A stretch of 64,000 bases of DNA from Phormidium sp. (GCA_051013385.1 CP143273.1:1536001-1600000), one strand, 5' to 3'. Shown: positions 9,946-21,011, numbered from the stretch's first letter. The notes: generated by a model not told the origin, from the sequence alone. Program-made: numbers and translations.

Positions 9946-12534
9946 TTAGAGGCTGGCTTGGATGTCAAAGCCAAGTATACGCCTTACAGGATCTTCTGGG
10001 TTGGGTTCTGGGAAAGTGTTATCTCTGTAAGCGTTAATTCCGTAAGTATTTACTGAGAGTTTGTTGCCGTCGCCACTAATATCAAGAGTGACGTAATTAA
10101 AGGTATCTGGTGAATAAAAATCAACTGGTTGACGCAGAGTATTGGCGTTAGGATCGCCTTCGCGAAATACGTTTTCTAAACCGGGGAAGTTGGGATTTAA
10201 TCCTAGTGGATCGGCTCCTCTTGCTTGCTGTTGAGCAACTATTCCATCGGCTAAAGATTTAATATTTTCAAAGCTGCGATCGCTAATTAAACCAGGGCCA
10301 AAAGCGGCTAAGGGACCACCAACTACTGTAAAAGTGTGAGGAACTTGAACGCGAGAACCTGTTACTGGATCGAAATAAGTTAGTTCGTTAACGCGGAATT
10401 CGTGATCGTCGGCGCTAAGAAATACGACGTTTTTAATTTGGTTATCGGCAATAAATTTGAGTATTTCGTTGCGTTCGGCACGATATCCACCAATCCAAGT
10501 TTTTCCGGTGTCTAAGGGGATGATTTTGTTGCCGCTAGTGCTGGCATTTTCATCTATTGGTGTGGAAATGGCGATAATTTTCCAGGTGGTGTTGTCATTT
10601 TTGGCTTGTAATAGTGTTTGTTTAAGCCAGTCTAATTGGGTGTCGCCTAACATGGTTCGATCGGGATTGTTGGCGCGATCGCCTGTGTCATCTACAGTTC
10701 TTCCTTGATCGTTAATTCTCCTCATGCGAATGTCACGATAAGAGCGATCGTCTACATTAATAAAAACAGCATTTGCTCCCCATTTTTGGGCAAAATATAA
10801 TTTGTCAGTGCCATTAGTATTCGGATCGTTGGGTGTAGAAGTTTTCACTTCTCTGATTGGTTGATAATCTTTATAAGCTTGCAACACTACATCTTGAAAT
10901 CCGGGAGTTTTATTAATAAAAGTCCCAGTATTATTGACATCAAAAATCGGATTTGTCCCATCTACACCCGCACCCGCAGGAACACCAGCAGGCGCACCTC
11001 CATTAGCAAATTGTCGATCGCCAAGTTCGTGATTATCTAATAGTGTGTAGTTAGCTTGAGAAGCATAAAGTGATTGTAAACTTGGGAATCCACCGGGATT
11101 TACTGGTAACAAATTTTCTAAATATTTCCGACGATAATCAGCTAAACTTTGAGCCGGATCGATAAAGGGATCTGCTGTTGCGGGAGAGTTACCTAACCCA
11201 GTATTGGGATTACCACTTCTGGTTTCATAAATGACATCGCCTAAGTAAACAAAGAAGTCTAAATTTAACTTAGGGAATTCTTTACTTAAATTGTAAGGTC
11301 GCCATTCACCTGCTGTATCAGCACTAAAAGCCATGCGAACAGGTACTTTATCTGTGGGGTTGGGTGCGGTTTTAAAGGTTCCTATTTGGCTGATTTGTCC
11401 TCCGGGTGCTAGGAAGCGATAATAATAACGAGTGTTGCTTTGTAAGAAGGTGTTGTCTATTTTTATGGTGTAGTCGCGATCGGGTTTTGTTTGAGTAACA
11501 AAGGTATTTTTAATGTTAGTAAATTGGGGATCTGTGGCAACTTGTACTACTAAATCGCTGACTTTACCTCTTTGAGTGGAAGCATCGGCAGTTCTTGTCC
11601 AGAGAATAGCACTATTTTCTGTGGCATCTCCAGATGCTACGGCGTTGAAAAGAAGATTATTACTAAAGTTGGAATTGCGTACTTCTCTTAAACCATTGGT
11701 GACAAAATGTTGATATGCTTGCAGGGAATTGAAACCTGCATTTCTTAAGTCTTGATTATTAGCTAAGTAGTAATCAACGTTAAGAAATGGCGAGGAAATG
11801 CGCCTTTCGTTTAATCCGAATATTTGGAAATGTTCCAATAATTGTCGATCGCTTAAATTAGCTGCTACTAAATCCGGGTACAACTGACGGTAGTAACTCA
11901 AATCCAAAGGAACAGAAAAATCTCTACCTTCATTTAATCCAAGAGTTACAAAATGCTGTAATGCTTGATAGCGATCGCCTGCAAATGCCGCATTAACATC
12001 AGAGTTATTTTGTAAATAAAAACCAGGCTCAAAAAATTCACTAAATAATCTGCCTTCTCTGATGCCATTAAGTACTAAATGCCGTAATGCTTGCGATCGA
12101 TTTCCCTGAAACTCAGTATTAACATCGGCATTAGTTGCTAAGTAAAAATCTAAGTTAGCCACCGGGGAAAATTTGCGTCTTTCATTGACTCCTAAACTTT
12201 GTAAATGAGTCAGTGCTTGTTCCCGATTTCCACCAAAAGCCTGCTTTAAATCGGCATTACTATTAAGATAGAAATTTACATCTACCAACGGTGAAAATAA
12301 TCTCCCCTCTTGCACGCCAAAATTTTCTAAATGTTGCAAAAGTTGTCGATTATCTAAACCAGCTAAATCTCGATTATTAGCTTGATAAAATTTTAAATCC
12401 ACTAAGGGAGAAAAAGCTCGACCTTCGGTTAACCCCGAATTAATAAAATGAGCAAAAGCTTGTCTGTCAGTTAATACTGCTAAGTCAGAATTAGCAGCCC
12501 GGTAAAAGTTTACATCAAATAGGTTAACGCTCAT
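9946..12534 (-). CDS. phoD: PhoD-family alkaline phosphatase with 7 N-terminal ~40-aa repeats
   Basis: VASGDAT.NSAILWTR, YYYRF, G.FKTAP, FVYLGDVIYE, DNHE, DDRSYRD, TMLG.TQLDWLK, VVFLSADDH. The repeats occupy about aa 5-286. Confidence 0.9.
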   Translation of the reverse strand: MSVNLFDVNFYRAANSDLAVLTDRQAFAHFINSGLTEGRAFSPLVDLKFYQANNRDLAGLDNRQLLQHLENFGVQEGRLFSPLVDVNFYLNSNADLKQAFGGNREQALTHLQSLGVNERRKFSPVANLDFYLATNADVNTEFQGNRSQALRHLVLNGIREGRLFSEFFEPGFYLQNNSDVNAAFAGDRYQALQHFVTLGLNEGRDFSVPLDLSYYRQLYPDLVAANLSDRQLLEHFQIFGLNERRISSPFLNVDYYLANNQDLRNAGFNSLQAYQHFVTNGLREVRNSNFSNNLLFNAVASGDATENSAILWTRTADASTQRGKVSDLVVQVATDPQFTNIKNTFVTQTKPDRDYTIKIDNTFLQSNTRYYYRFLAPGGQISQIGTFKTAPNPTDKVPVRMAFSADTAGEWRPYNLSKEFPKLNLDFFVYLGDVIYETRSGNPNTGLGNSPATADPFIDPAQSLADYRRKYLENLLPVNPGGFPSLQSLYASQANYTLLDNHELGDRQFANGGAPAGVPAGAGVDGTNPIFDVNNTGTFINKTPGFQDVVLQAYKDYQPIREVKTSTPNDPNTNGTDKLYFAQKWGANAVFINVDDRSYRDIRMRRINDQGRTVDDTGDRANNPDRTMLGDTQLDWLKQTLLQAKNDNTTWKIIAISTPIDENASTSGNKIIPLDTGKTWIGGYRAERNEILKFIADNQIKNVVFLSADDHEFRVNELTYFDPVTGSRVQVPHTFTVVGGPLAAFGPGLISDRSFENIKSLADGIVAQQQARGADPLGLNPNFPGLENVFREGDPNANTLRQPVDFYSPDTFNYVTLDISGDGNKLSVNTYGINAYRDNTFPEPNPEDPVRRILGFDIQASL

Positions 12535-13002
12535 ACATACCTTGACTTTTGTTTACAATTTTCCTTGCATTGATCGAGATCAGAAATACCCATTTAATAG
12601 CCATACTTCTGACAAGTCTTATATTTAGTATTTAGCTATTTGCGATCGGCAAATATAAATAGTTTATAAAAATTTAGTTAATAAATTTTAGGTTTTTTGT
12701 TAATATTTGATATAGTTTGTAACTAAAATTCAATCACGTTAACGTCTAGTGGTATGATATTTGCCAGTACTTAGTCGATTAATTCCGCCTTTGAGAGACT
12801 GGGTTAAATCATGGGTAATTTTAATTGAGCAACTGCACTTTGGCAGATTAAAATAACAGATGAGCTTTCACTAAATAGCTCAGTTTGTCTACTTAAACGG
12901 GCAAATATCAAAGCCAATAAATAAGCAAAATTTATCCGGGCACTACTAGCCAACAGATATTCATTGCTCTCAGGTAGTTTTTGTTAATTTGGAAAAAGAA
13001 TT

Positions 13003-14373
13003 ATGTTGACTAACAGCGACCTATTTAACGAAACTTTTTATCGCCAGACTAACGCCGATGTAGGAGCAGCTATTTCCAACGGTTTTTTCCGCAATGGTTT
13101 AGAACACTTTCTGCAATTTGGGCAATTTGAAAAACGAAATCCTAGTGCTTTTTTTGATACAGCTTATTATCTGCAACAAAATATTGATGTAGCTAATGTA
13201 GTAAATGCTAATACTACTACAGCATTTGCACATTTTCTTAGTGCGGGACAAAAAGAAGGAAGAAACCCTTTTTCTTTGTTTGATAACAGCTTTTATTTGA
13301 GCAATAACACAGATGTTAATGCAGCAGTTGGCAGAGATGAAATTACCGGGATTCAACACTATATTAAAAATGGTGCCCAAGAAGGTCGAAATCCTAGCCG
13401 CTTTTTTAATAACAGCTTTTATCTTCAGCGGAATTCAGATGTGGCTCAGGCAGTACAAACAGACGCAATTAGTGGAGTAGGACACTATATTCAGTATGGT
13501 CAATTTGAAGGCAGAATTCCGCGCCTGCTGTTTAGTCAAATGTTTGTTTTTGGCGATAGTCTTTCGGATGTTGGCAATACTTTTGCCTTAACTCAAGGTG
13601 CAGTTCCGCCTACTCCACCTTATTTTAATGGGCGTTTTTCTAATGGCCCCGTTTGGGTGGAATATTTAGCACCAACATTAGGATTAACTGTTAATCCAGC
13701 TAATAATTTTGCCCTGGGTGGTGCAACAACTGGTACGCAAAATTCAGCTGGTATTGCTGGGGAAACTGCTTTACCGGGATTACAGCAACAAATTGATGGT
13801 TTTGTTGATACTAATCGTCAGGTTGATCCTAATGCGCTGTATGTAGTTTATGGGGGCGCTAATGATTATTTGGGATCGGGAGTAACTGACATAACAAGTG
13901 TTGTAAATAATTTAGCTACTGCGGTAACAAAACTTGCGGCTGTAGGGGCAAGAAACTTTATGGTTCCGAATTTACCAAATTTAGCAGCCAACCCTGGAAC
14001 AGCGAGTAGAGGGCCAATAGCACAACAAATTTTCACTCAACTATCAGCGGCTCATAATAGTACTTTAGATGCAAGTTTAGCAACTTTGGAACAAAATCGT
14101 AAGATCAATATTATTCCGGTTGATGTATTTAGGCTGGTTAATAATGCGATCGCCAATCCCGCTGCTTTTGGCTTCACAAATGTCACTGCTAATGTAGTAC
14201 CCGGAGCAGGTATAGACCCAAGTTTGCGCGGTTTTCCCATCCCACCTGAAATTAATCCAAACCAATATTTATTCTGGGATTTAATCCACCCGACAACTCG
14301 CACTCACTCTTTTGTTGCTGACACAGCTTTGAAAGCAACTACTGCTGTTAAAGAAGTTGTACAAATTCTCTAA
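13003..14373 (+). CDS. GDSL/SGNH esterase-lipase with 4 N-terminal repeats
   Basis: FGDSLSD, GRFSNGPVW, GGAND and FWDLIHPT catalytic blocks. The repeats occupy about aa 7-173. Confidence 0.9.
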   Translation: MLTNSDLFNETFYRQTNADVGAAISNGFFRNGLEHFLQFGQFEKRNPSAFFDTAYYLQQNIDVANVVNANTTTAFAHFLSAGQKEGRNPFSLFDNSFYLSNNTDVNAAVGRDEITGIQHYIKNGAQEGRNPSRFFNNSFYLQRNSDVAQAVQTDAISGVGHYIQYGQFEGRIPRLLFSQMFVFGDSLSDVGNTFALTQGAVPPTPPYFNGRFSNGPVWVEYLAPTLGLTVNPANNFALGGATTGTQNSAGIAGETALPGLQQQIDGFVDTNRQVDPNALYVVYGGANDYLGSGVTDITSVVNNLATAVTKLAAVGARNFMVPNLPNLAANPGTASRGPIAQQIFTQLSAAHNSTLDASLATLEQNRKINIIPVDVFRLVNNAIANPAAFGFTNVTANVVPGAGIDPSLRGFPIPPEINPNQYLFWDLIHPTTRTHSFVADTALKATTAVKEVVQIL

Positions 14374-14388
14374 AAAGGTTTCTACTTT

Positions 14389-14444
14389 GTTGTAAGGAAT
14401 TCAGCCCTTAACTCCTGTAAAAATAGGACTGAAGTCCTCACAAC
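14389..14444. repeat. REP-like inverted repeat between convergent genes
   Basis: GTTGTAAGGAATTCAGCCCT...AGGACTGAAGTCCTCACAAC. Confidence 0.6.
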
Positions 14445-14453
14445 AGACCTTTT

Positions 14454-16151
14454 TTACTTTAAGAATTCTCTGGTTTCAGTTATCTGCGTCCAGGTATTGT
14501 TAGTGTCGGTGCCTAGTCCGCGATCGCACAAAATATCCCCCATTGTCATCCGCTCAGTATTACCTAAGAAATGCTGTTCATTACTGAAATCCACAAGAGG
14601 AGATTGCTGGATAACACTATAAGAAGGTACTAAAGAATCAGCCTCACTTTGACCATGAATGATTAAATCTGCATCTACCCCAGCAATGCTCTGAGTTACT
14701 GGCACATTTTCCCCAATAAAATCACCAGTTATCCCATCAATTTCATCTCCAGTCAAACTATCAACAGTGGCGCTAGCAACTTGACTGGAATTAGCAGAAA
14801 AACTACTATTCAAAACTTGACTTGATGGCTGAACAACAGCGGAATTGGCAGTTTTAGTTAAAATTCTTTCCACTTGTACAGGTGTGAGATTGGGATTAGC
14901 ACTTAAAACTAATGCTGCTACTCCCGCAACATGAGGCGATGCCATTGAAGTACCACTCATACTTTTGTAGCTATTACCCAGAAAAGTAGAGTAAATACCC
15001 ACCCCTGGAGCATCCACATAATCTAAAGGTAACTTTCCTGATAAATCAGAAAAACTTGCCATTTGATTATTTTTATTTACTGCACCTACAGCAATACCAA
15101 AATGGGTAGCATATCTAGCTGGAAAGCCTGGTTGAAGTTGGCTTGCATTTCCTGCCGCAGAAACTACAATTGCTCCTTTTTGGGCCGCATATTTAATAGC
15201 TGAAGCTTCTGCTGGAGTACTAATATCTGTACCTAAACTAAGATTAATTACTTTCGCTCCATTATCCGCAGCATAGCGAATTCCCGCAGCTACATCAAGT
15301 AGAGAACCATTGCCAGAAGCATCCAGAACTCTTACAGGCATAATTTTGGCATTGGGTGCTACTCCAGTTGCACCAAAACCATTATTTTCTGCGGCAATTG
15401 TACCTGCAACGTGAGTACCATGTCCTTGTAAATCCATTGGATCGTTATCTTTATTAACGAAATCCCAACCTCGGACATCATCTATATAACCGTTGCCATC
15501 ATCATCTTTTCCGTTCCCGGAAATTTCTTTGGTATTAACCCAAATATTCCCATCTAAATCACTGTGTTTATAATCAACTCCAGTATCTATAACAGCGACA
15601 ACAATTCCTTGCCCAGTGTAACCTTTACTCCAAGTTTCGGGCGCGTTAATCGCATCCAAATTCCAACTATTTCCACCTAAATTGGCAACTTCTGCAAAGG
15701 CAGCTTTTCCGGTAGCAGAGGCAACAGCAGCGGCAGAATTCGCTAAACCAAAACCAGAGATACTACTATAGGGAATTGGTGAAGCTGCTCGTCCTTGTGC
15801 AAAACCACTTTTATTGAAATGATCCCAAAGTTCTTTGTTAGACAAACCAGCTAAATCAGCATTTTTTTGACGGTAATAATTAAGGTCTAGATAAGGAGAA
15901 AAAACTCGCCCTTCATTGATACCATTATTTACTAAATGTTCTAACAATTGACGATTGTTCAAACCAGCCAATCCAGAGTTGTTTTGCTGATAAAATTTTA
16001 GGTCTATAAAAGGTGAAAAAACTCTCCCTTGATCGACTCCTACTGTATTGAAGTGGTTTAATAGTTGAGCATCACTCAAATTAGCCAAATCAGCATTGCT
16101 TTGGCGGTAAAAATTAACATCAACAAAATCTGAAAAGTTTCCGGTAGCCAT
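14454..16151 (-). CDS. S8 subtilisin-like serine protease with 3 N-terminal repeats
   Basis: Catalytic triad in AVIDTG, HGTHVAG and GTSMASPHVAG. Calcium loop DDDGNGYIDD. The repeats occupy about aa 10-126. Confidence 0.92.
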   Translation of the reverse strand: MATGNFSDFVDVNFYRQSNADLANLSDAQLLNHFNTVGVDQGRVFSPFIDLKFYQQNNSGLAGLNNRQLLEHLVNNGINEGRVFSPYLDLNYYRQKNADLAGLSNKELWDHFNKSGFAQGRAASPIPYSSISGFGLANSAAAVASATGKAAFAEVANLGGNSWNLDAINAPETWSKGYTGQGIVVAVIDTGVDYKHSDLDGNIWVNTKEISGNGKDDDGNGYIDDVRGWDFVNKDNDPMDLQGHGTHVAGTIAAENNGFGATGVAPNAKIMPVRVLDASGNGSLLDVAAGIRYAADNGAKVINLSLGTDISTPAEASAIKYAAQKGAIVVSAAGNASQLQPGFPARYATHFGIAVGAVNKNNQMASFSDLSGKLPLDYVDAPGVGIYSTFLGNSYKSMSGTSMASPHVAGVAALVLSANPNLTPVQVERILTKTANSAVVQPSSQVLNSSFSANSSQVASATVDSLTGDEIDGITGDFIGENVPVTQSIAGVDADLIIHGQSEADSLVPSYSVIQQSPLVDFSNEQHFLGNTERMTMGDILCDRGLGTDTNNTWTQITETREFLK

Positions 16152-16698
16152 AATGTTAATGATTCACTTTATGCTGCACGCATAAAGACATTTCTGGGTT
16201 GAAATTGGAGGAAATCCTCACACAAAAATATTTCTCGATCGCAGTCCTCTGGTTGAAAGAAACAGCTATGTTTGGCTGACTCTAACAGATCAACAAGCCC
16301 AGAAAACCTAGCTTATATTACCCAAACTTCTAACCGGAACTAACATAATTTACTGAAAAAAATGAGGTTAATTAATGTATTGGTTATATTTGGCGATCGC
16401 TTTCTCAGTGAAAATATTTACTGATTGATTAACTTGAGAATTAGTTAGGTTTTTTAGTAATAAATAATCTCTAATTTAGTCAACAAAAACTTGATTAATC
16501 GGGCAATCTGAATCATTTTTCACCGGACTAACTTGAGAATATTTCGGCTAAATAAGATTTGTCAAAGAATTAATCAATGTAGTTTTAGTTACCAGCTAAT
16601 TTTCTGAATTCTGTAATGGGAATGATGAAAAATCTTAATAATTATGTTATGTTTAACAAACTCTACAATAAAGTTACAAATAGTGAGATAAGAACATC

Positions 16699-17037
16699 AA
16701 GAGGCAGAGCCTCTGTTTTTCGTTCCCAGGTTGAACCTGGGAACGAGATCGCAAGATTTCAGAGGTTCTACCTCCCCTGGTGCAAGATATGAAAGAAACC
16801 CGGTTTCGCAGAAGTTACCGGGTTTCTTTGTACCTCAGTTACCTGAAAAGTGCTGTATGAAAATATAGAGACGTTTTATGCAACGTCTCTACAGTAAAGT
16901 AATTTGATTTTTGGCAACAGTAAATCCGAAAGATATTACCCTTTTTCGCTGATTTTTTGGATCAAAAAGGGGTCAAGCTTTGTCATACCATGTCCCGTCT
17001 ACCCACCTGTAGAGACGTTATATATAACGTCTCTACA
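16699..17037. repeat. Cluster of REP/MITE remnants
   Basis: Hairpins GAGGCAGAGCCTC, CGTTCCCAGGTT-AACCTGGGAACG, GAAACCCGG...CCGGGTTTC, two TAGAGACGTT-AACGTCTCTA copies, and MITE ends TGGTGCAAGATATG and CCTGAAAAGTGCTGTA. Confidence 0.6.
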
Positions 17038-17066
17038 GGCTCGTGGAAAAAAGATATTATGGCTGA

Positions 17067-18311
17067 TCAACCAGACATGATATCATACCAACTTTGCAAG
17101 GCTAATCGATGTATTTCTCGCCAACTAATGTTTTTTTCCTTGGCTAATTGGGCGCAATCTTCGTATTCTGGTTGAACATTAGTAATATTGCCATTCGTAC
17201 CAGCAATTTTTACTCTGACTTTGCCATAAAGTGTTGAGACTGTTTGAATTTCCCGTTGGAGAATTGACCTTTGTTGAATAGAACGGCGAATTCCTAAAGT
17301 TGTGGTTTCTTGGAAGAGAACTGTTTCGCAAGCTGATTGGGTTTCGGGATGACAGATGACAGTTAATAACACGCCTTGGCGGGATTTTTTCATAACAATT
17401 GGTTGAGTGAAAACATCCAAAGCGCCTGCTGTGAATAAAGCATCAAAAGTGTAGGCGATCGCTTGGGGACTCAAATCATCAATTTGCGTCTCCAAAACCG
17501 CAATTGTTTCTAATTCCGTATTTGTTGCCTGGTAATTATTAGTAGTAGCTGAGGGGACTTCTTCACCAATCCATAATCTGAGAATATTGGGAATAGGTAA
17601 TTGCCGAGAACCTGCACCCAAACCAACTTTTTGAATAGTCATTGGTGGAGGGGAACCAAAAGCAGAGGCGAGAGTAACTGCGATCGCAGCGCCCGTTGGC
17701 GTAACCAATTCCTTTTCAATTCCATTACTATAAACTGGCACTTGCCGATATGACCACAACTTTAACACCGCAGGCGTGGGGACTGGCATTTGACCATGAG
17801 CCGCTTTAATTGTACCCCCACCAACAGGCAAAGGCGAACAATAAAATTGCTCAAATCCTAACCAATCTAAACCCAAACAAGTACCAACAATATCAACGAT
17901 CGCATCAGTCGCCCCTACCTCATGAAAATGCACTTTTTCCGGCGCGACACCATGAACAGCACCTTCTGCTTCTGCCAATTTCCGAAACACAGCTAAACTC
18001 ATAGTTTCTGCCTGACTAGGCAAACTGGCTGCTAAAATTATCCTTTCTATTTCTGGCAAATGGCGGGCATGAATATGATGATCTTCATGGTGATGATGAG
18101 CGTGGTCATCAGTTAAATCTACATGAACTTTTGTCGCTTCCTGACCATTGCGATGCACCAACTCTGCCCGTAATTGGTATTCATCAGAAATTCCCAAAAG
18201 ACTAAGCTTTTCTATTAAGTAATCCAAAGGAACGCCAGTATGAACTAGTGCGCCTAAACACATATCTCCAGCAATTCCAGTCGGGCATTCCAGGTAAGCT
18301 ACTTTTTTCAT
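17067..18311 (-). CDS. larC: Nickel pincer cofactor biosynthesis protein LarC
   Basis: GIAGDMCLGAL, His-rich segment, VHFHEVGATDAIVDIVG, ELVTPTGAA, LETQIDD, ETTTLGIR, QPEYEDC. Confidence 0.93.
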   Translation of the reverse strand: MKKVAYLECPTGIAGDMCLGALVHTGVPLDYLIEKLSLLGISDEYQLRAELVHRNGQEATKVHVDLTDDHAHHHHEDHHIHARHLPEIERIILAASLPSQAETMSLAVFRKLAEAEGAVHGVAPEKVHFHEVGATDAIVDIVGTCLGLDWLGFEQFYCSPLPVGGGTIKAAHGQMPVPTPAVLKLWSYRQVPVYSNGIEKELVTPTGAAIAVTLASAFGSPPPMTIQKVGLGAGSRQLPIPNILRLWIGEEVPSATTNNYQATNTELETIAVLETQIDDLSPQAIAYTFDALFTAGALDVFTQPIVMKKSRQGVLLTVICHPETQSACETVLFQETTTLGIRRSIQQRSILQREIQTVSTLYGKVRVKIAGTNGNITNVQPEYEDCAQLAKEKNISWREIHRLALQSWYDIMSG

Positions 18312-18344
18312 TTGCCTTTGTGATTAGTCATTAGTTATTGAATT

Positions 18345-18379
18345 TAGATCCCCGACTTCTTGAAGAATTCGGGGATCTG
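18345..18379. repeat. Palindromic dispersed repeat
   Basis: AGATCCCCGACTTCTT-GAAGAATTCGGGGATCT. Confidence 0.55.
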
Positions 18380-18548
18380 ACGGCAGTTTTGAATAAAAGT
18401 ACCCAAGATGGTACTTTCAAAGCTTGAGAACATAATTGATAATGTAAAAGATTGTAGACGATTACCTGTTAACAGGCAGCGGTGTGGTGTACTCCTATGT
18501 CATAGTCATGGATAATTTTTCAAGAGGAATACCTACTAGCGAAAAATT

Positions 18549-19208
18549 ATGGCTACAGTTTACCAAATTCACCCAGATACACCCCAAACTCGGATTGTAG
18601 AGCAGATCAAGGACGACCTCAAAGGTGGGGCGGTAATGCTATACCCGACGGATACAGTTTATGCGATCGGGTGCGACATATCTTCTAAATCAGCAATTCA
18701 AAGAGTCAGGCGCATCAAACAAATGTCAAATGATAAGCCTCTCACTTTCCTCTGTCCCTCTTTATCTGATGTAGCTACCTACGCTTTTGTGACAGATACA
18801 GCTTACCGGATGATGAAACGCCTGATTCCAGGGCCTTACACCTTCATTTTACCGACAACCAAGCTAGTACCCCAAATCGTCATGAATCCAAAGCGTAAAA
18901 CTACCGGAATTCGAGTTCCAGATCATCCGGTGTGTCTAGCGTTGCTGAATGCTATAGGTAATCCGATTATTTCCACTTCCGCCCATGTGTTAGATCAGGA
19001 TGAGTCTGCGCCAATTTCTGTGGAAAAAAATGGTCACTTCTCCCAGGCGGAACTGTTCGACCACCTAGAAAAATTAGTCAATATCATTGTGGATAATGGC
19101 GAGGAACCACGTTATGTAGGTTCGACGATTCTAGACCTCACTAGTGAAACACCCGAAATCACACGCCAAGGAATAGGATGGGAAACTGCTGCGACTTGGC
19201 TATCGTAG
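18549..19208 (+). CDS. Sua5/YciO/YrdC-family protein
   Basis: YPTDTVYAIGC, KPLTFLC, PGPYTFIL, GIRVPD, PIISTSA, STILDL. Confidence 0.9.
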   Translation: MATVYQIHPDTPQTRIVEQIKDDLKGGAVMLYPTDTVYAIGCDISSKSAIQRVRRIKQMSNDKPLTFLCPSLSDVATYAFVTDTAYRMMKRLIPGPYTFILPTTKLVPQIVMNPKRKTTGIRVPDHPVCLALLNAIGNPIISTSAHVLDQDESAPISVEKNGHFSQAELFDHLEKLVNIIVDNGEEPRYVGSTILDLTSETPEITRQGIGWETAATWLS

Positions 19209-19591
19209 TGGGATAGGGGCTCTTTTGAGATCTTTTGGGCTTTTTTGGGCAAGAAAATTTCTTAACTCAAAAAACGAAGCTAAGAACTCTCTGACTCAAA
19301 TATCTACCAGTTGGGAAATTGTCCACTCTGCACGAGTAAATTTGAGGAGTGGAACAGGGGGAATAACCATGAGTGAAAATGCTTAAAATTCCCTCTGGGT
19401 AAGTAATCTAGCGATTTTTTATATTGGGGCTAGCACCTACTTTGGATGTCTAGTTTAACCCAGGAAATAAAAAGCTTGTGACAGTGACACATCACTTGCA
19501 CATGAATAAACCGTAGTTGTCTAAATTTTAAGTGTAGACACTTAAAAGAACAAATTTTTTGTAGTTAACTAATCCATCTGTCAGGTCAATT

Positions 19592-20821
19592 ATGAGAGTA
19601 GAATATATGAATTTACCAAATTCCAAAAGTTTAATAAACTCTGAAAATATAGATGTTGATTTCTCTGGTAATGAGTCTGCTTTAGATATTGATGTTCTGA
19701 CTTACCGGGCTTGGAATGAACTACAGTTGCAAATTAAAGCTGGTAGTTCGGGAAAATTTTCTCCGGCTTCTATGCAGGGGGTAGCGAGTCGAATTGCCAA
19801 AGAGGTAGACAGAATTTGTCAGCAAAGTTCCCGAATTCAAAATTCAGGAGAGGTTCGTTATTGGCAAATATCTTTAGTTAAACATCGGGTACAAAAATGT
19901 TTGTCTTATTATCATCTTGGTTCTCAACAAAGTCGGGTTGAGTTACACAGTACTTTGGGTGCTATTGTGTATCGTTATATTGCTCCGATGCGATCGCAAT
20001 TAGGCTTTCAAACTCGTTACAACATGATCGAAGATTTCCTGCAAAACTTTTATATGGAGTCGCTGAAAGTGTTTCGTAAAGAAGCTGAACTACCGGAAAA
20101 TTACACGCCGCGCCATTCCCTAGAAATTGCTGAGTATTTAGCATTTACCGAGCAATATGCCAGACGCAAAATTTTTGTCAAACCAGGTCTTTCTCAGCAA
20201 TTAATTGTGTTACGCGCCCAAACTTTTTCCCGTCGTCAACCAGCGGAAACATCAATAGATATTGAATTAGCTGCTGAGTCAACTAAGGGTGAAGACGCTG
20301 GCGCATCTATGCAAGAATCAGCATTACAACAAGTGCGGGCTTCTATGGTATCGGAAAGTAGCGATCGTTCGGAAGCGTTGTTGCGAGAAGATTTAATTAC
20401 TGAGATGATTCAATATTTGGAAGCGCAAGGACAGCCAGAATGCGTGAAATATCTGATTTTAAAATTGCAAGATTTGTCAGCGCCAGAAATTGACGAAATT
20501 CTCGGTTTGACTCCTCGGCAACGAGATTATTTACAACAACGCTTTAAGTATTATGTAGAAAAGTTTGCCAGGTCCGATCGCTGGCAGTTAGTTCATCAAT
20601 GGTTAGGTGCAGATCTCGATCAAAAGTTGGGGATGTCTTCTGTGCAATGGGAACTGTTCTGGCACAAACTGTCACCCCAACAGCAACAACTTCTGGAATT
20701 AAAGCGTAACCAACTTAACGACCAAGCGATCGCCACCGCCCTAAAATGCTCCCAAAAACAAGTCCAAAAACGCTGGACACAACTGCTAGAACTCGCTTGG
20801 CAAAATCGAAATAGGGAGTGA
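19592..20821 (+). CDS. HetZ-related, sigma-region-like DNA-binding protein
   Basis: YYHLGS...ELHSTLGAIVYR, IEDFLQ.FY, EI..ILGLTPRQRDYLQQRFKY and a C-terminal HTH-like IATALKCSQKQVQKRW. Family assignment from recall. Confidence 0.7.
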   Translation: MRVEYMNLPNSKSLINSENIDVDFSGNESALDIDVLTYRAWNELQLQIKAGSSGKFSPASMQGVASRIAKEVDRICQQSSRIQNSGEVRYWQISLVKHRVQKCLSYYHLGSQQSRVELHSTLGAIVYRYIAPMRSQLGFQTRYNMIEDFLQNFYMESLKVFRKEAELPENYTPRHSLEIAEYLAFTEQYARRKIFVKPGLSQQLIVLRAQTFSRRQPAETSIDIELAAESTKGEDAGASMQESALQQVRASMVSESSDRSEALLREDLITEMIQYLEAQGQPECVKYLILKLQDLSAPEIDEILGLTPRQRDYLQQRFKYYVEKFARSDRWQLVHQWLGADLDQKLGMSSVQWELFWHKLSPQQQQLLELKRNQLNDQAIATALKCSQKQVQKRWTQLLELAWQNRNRE

Positions 20822-21011
20822 CTAGGGACTGGGGACTCTTGACTGGGGGACAAGGGGACAAGGGGACAAGGGGACTGGGAGACAAGGGGACAAGGAGAAT
20901 TAAATTTACCTTTCCCCTCTGCCCCTCTGCCCCCCTGCCCCCCTGCCCCCCTGCCCCCCTGCCCCCCTGCCCCCCTGCACCTCTGCCCCCCTGCCCCCCT
21001 GCCCCCCTGCC
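20821..21011. repeat. STRR-type short tandem repeats (GGGGACT, GGGGACAA, CCCCCTGC)
   Basis: Directly visible 7-8 bp tandem units. Confidence 0.9.

Noticed and set aside
12650..12730. Possible Pho box (TTAAC repeats) upstream of phoD
   Set aside because: The 11-bp spacing is imperfect and the region is very AT-rich, so it is not supportable by eye.
6005..19495. Shared GTGACA(T/C)ATCAC quasi-palindrome at 6005 and 19484
   Set aside because: Only two 12-mers at different distances from their starts, which is compatible with chance.
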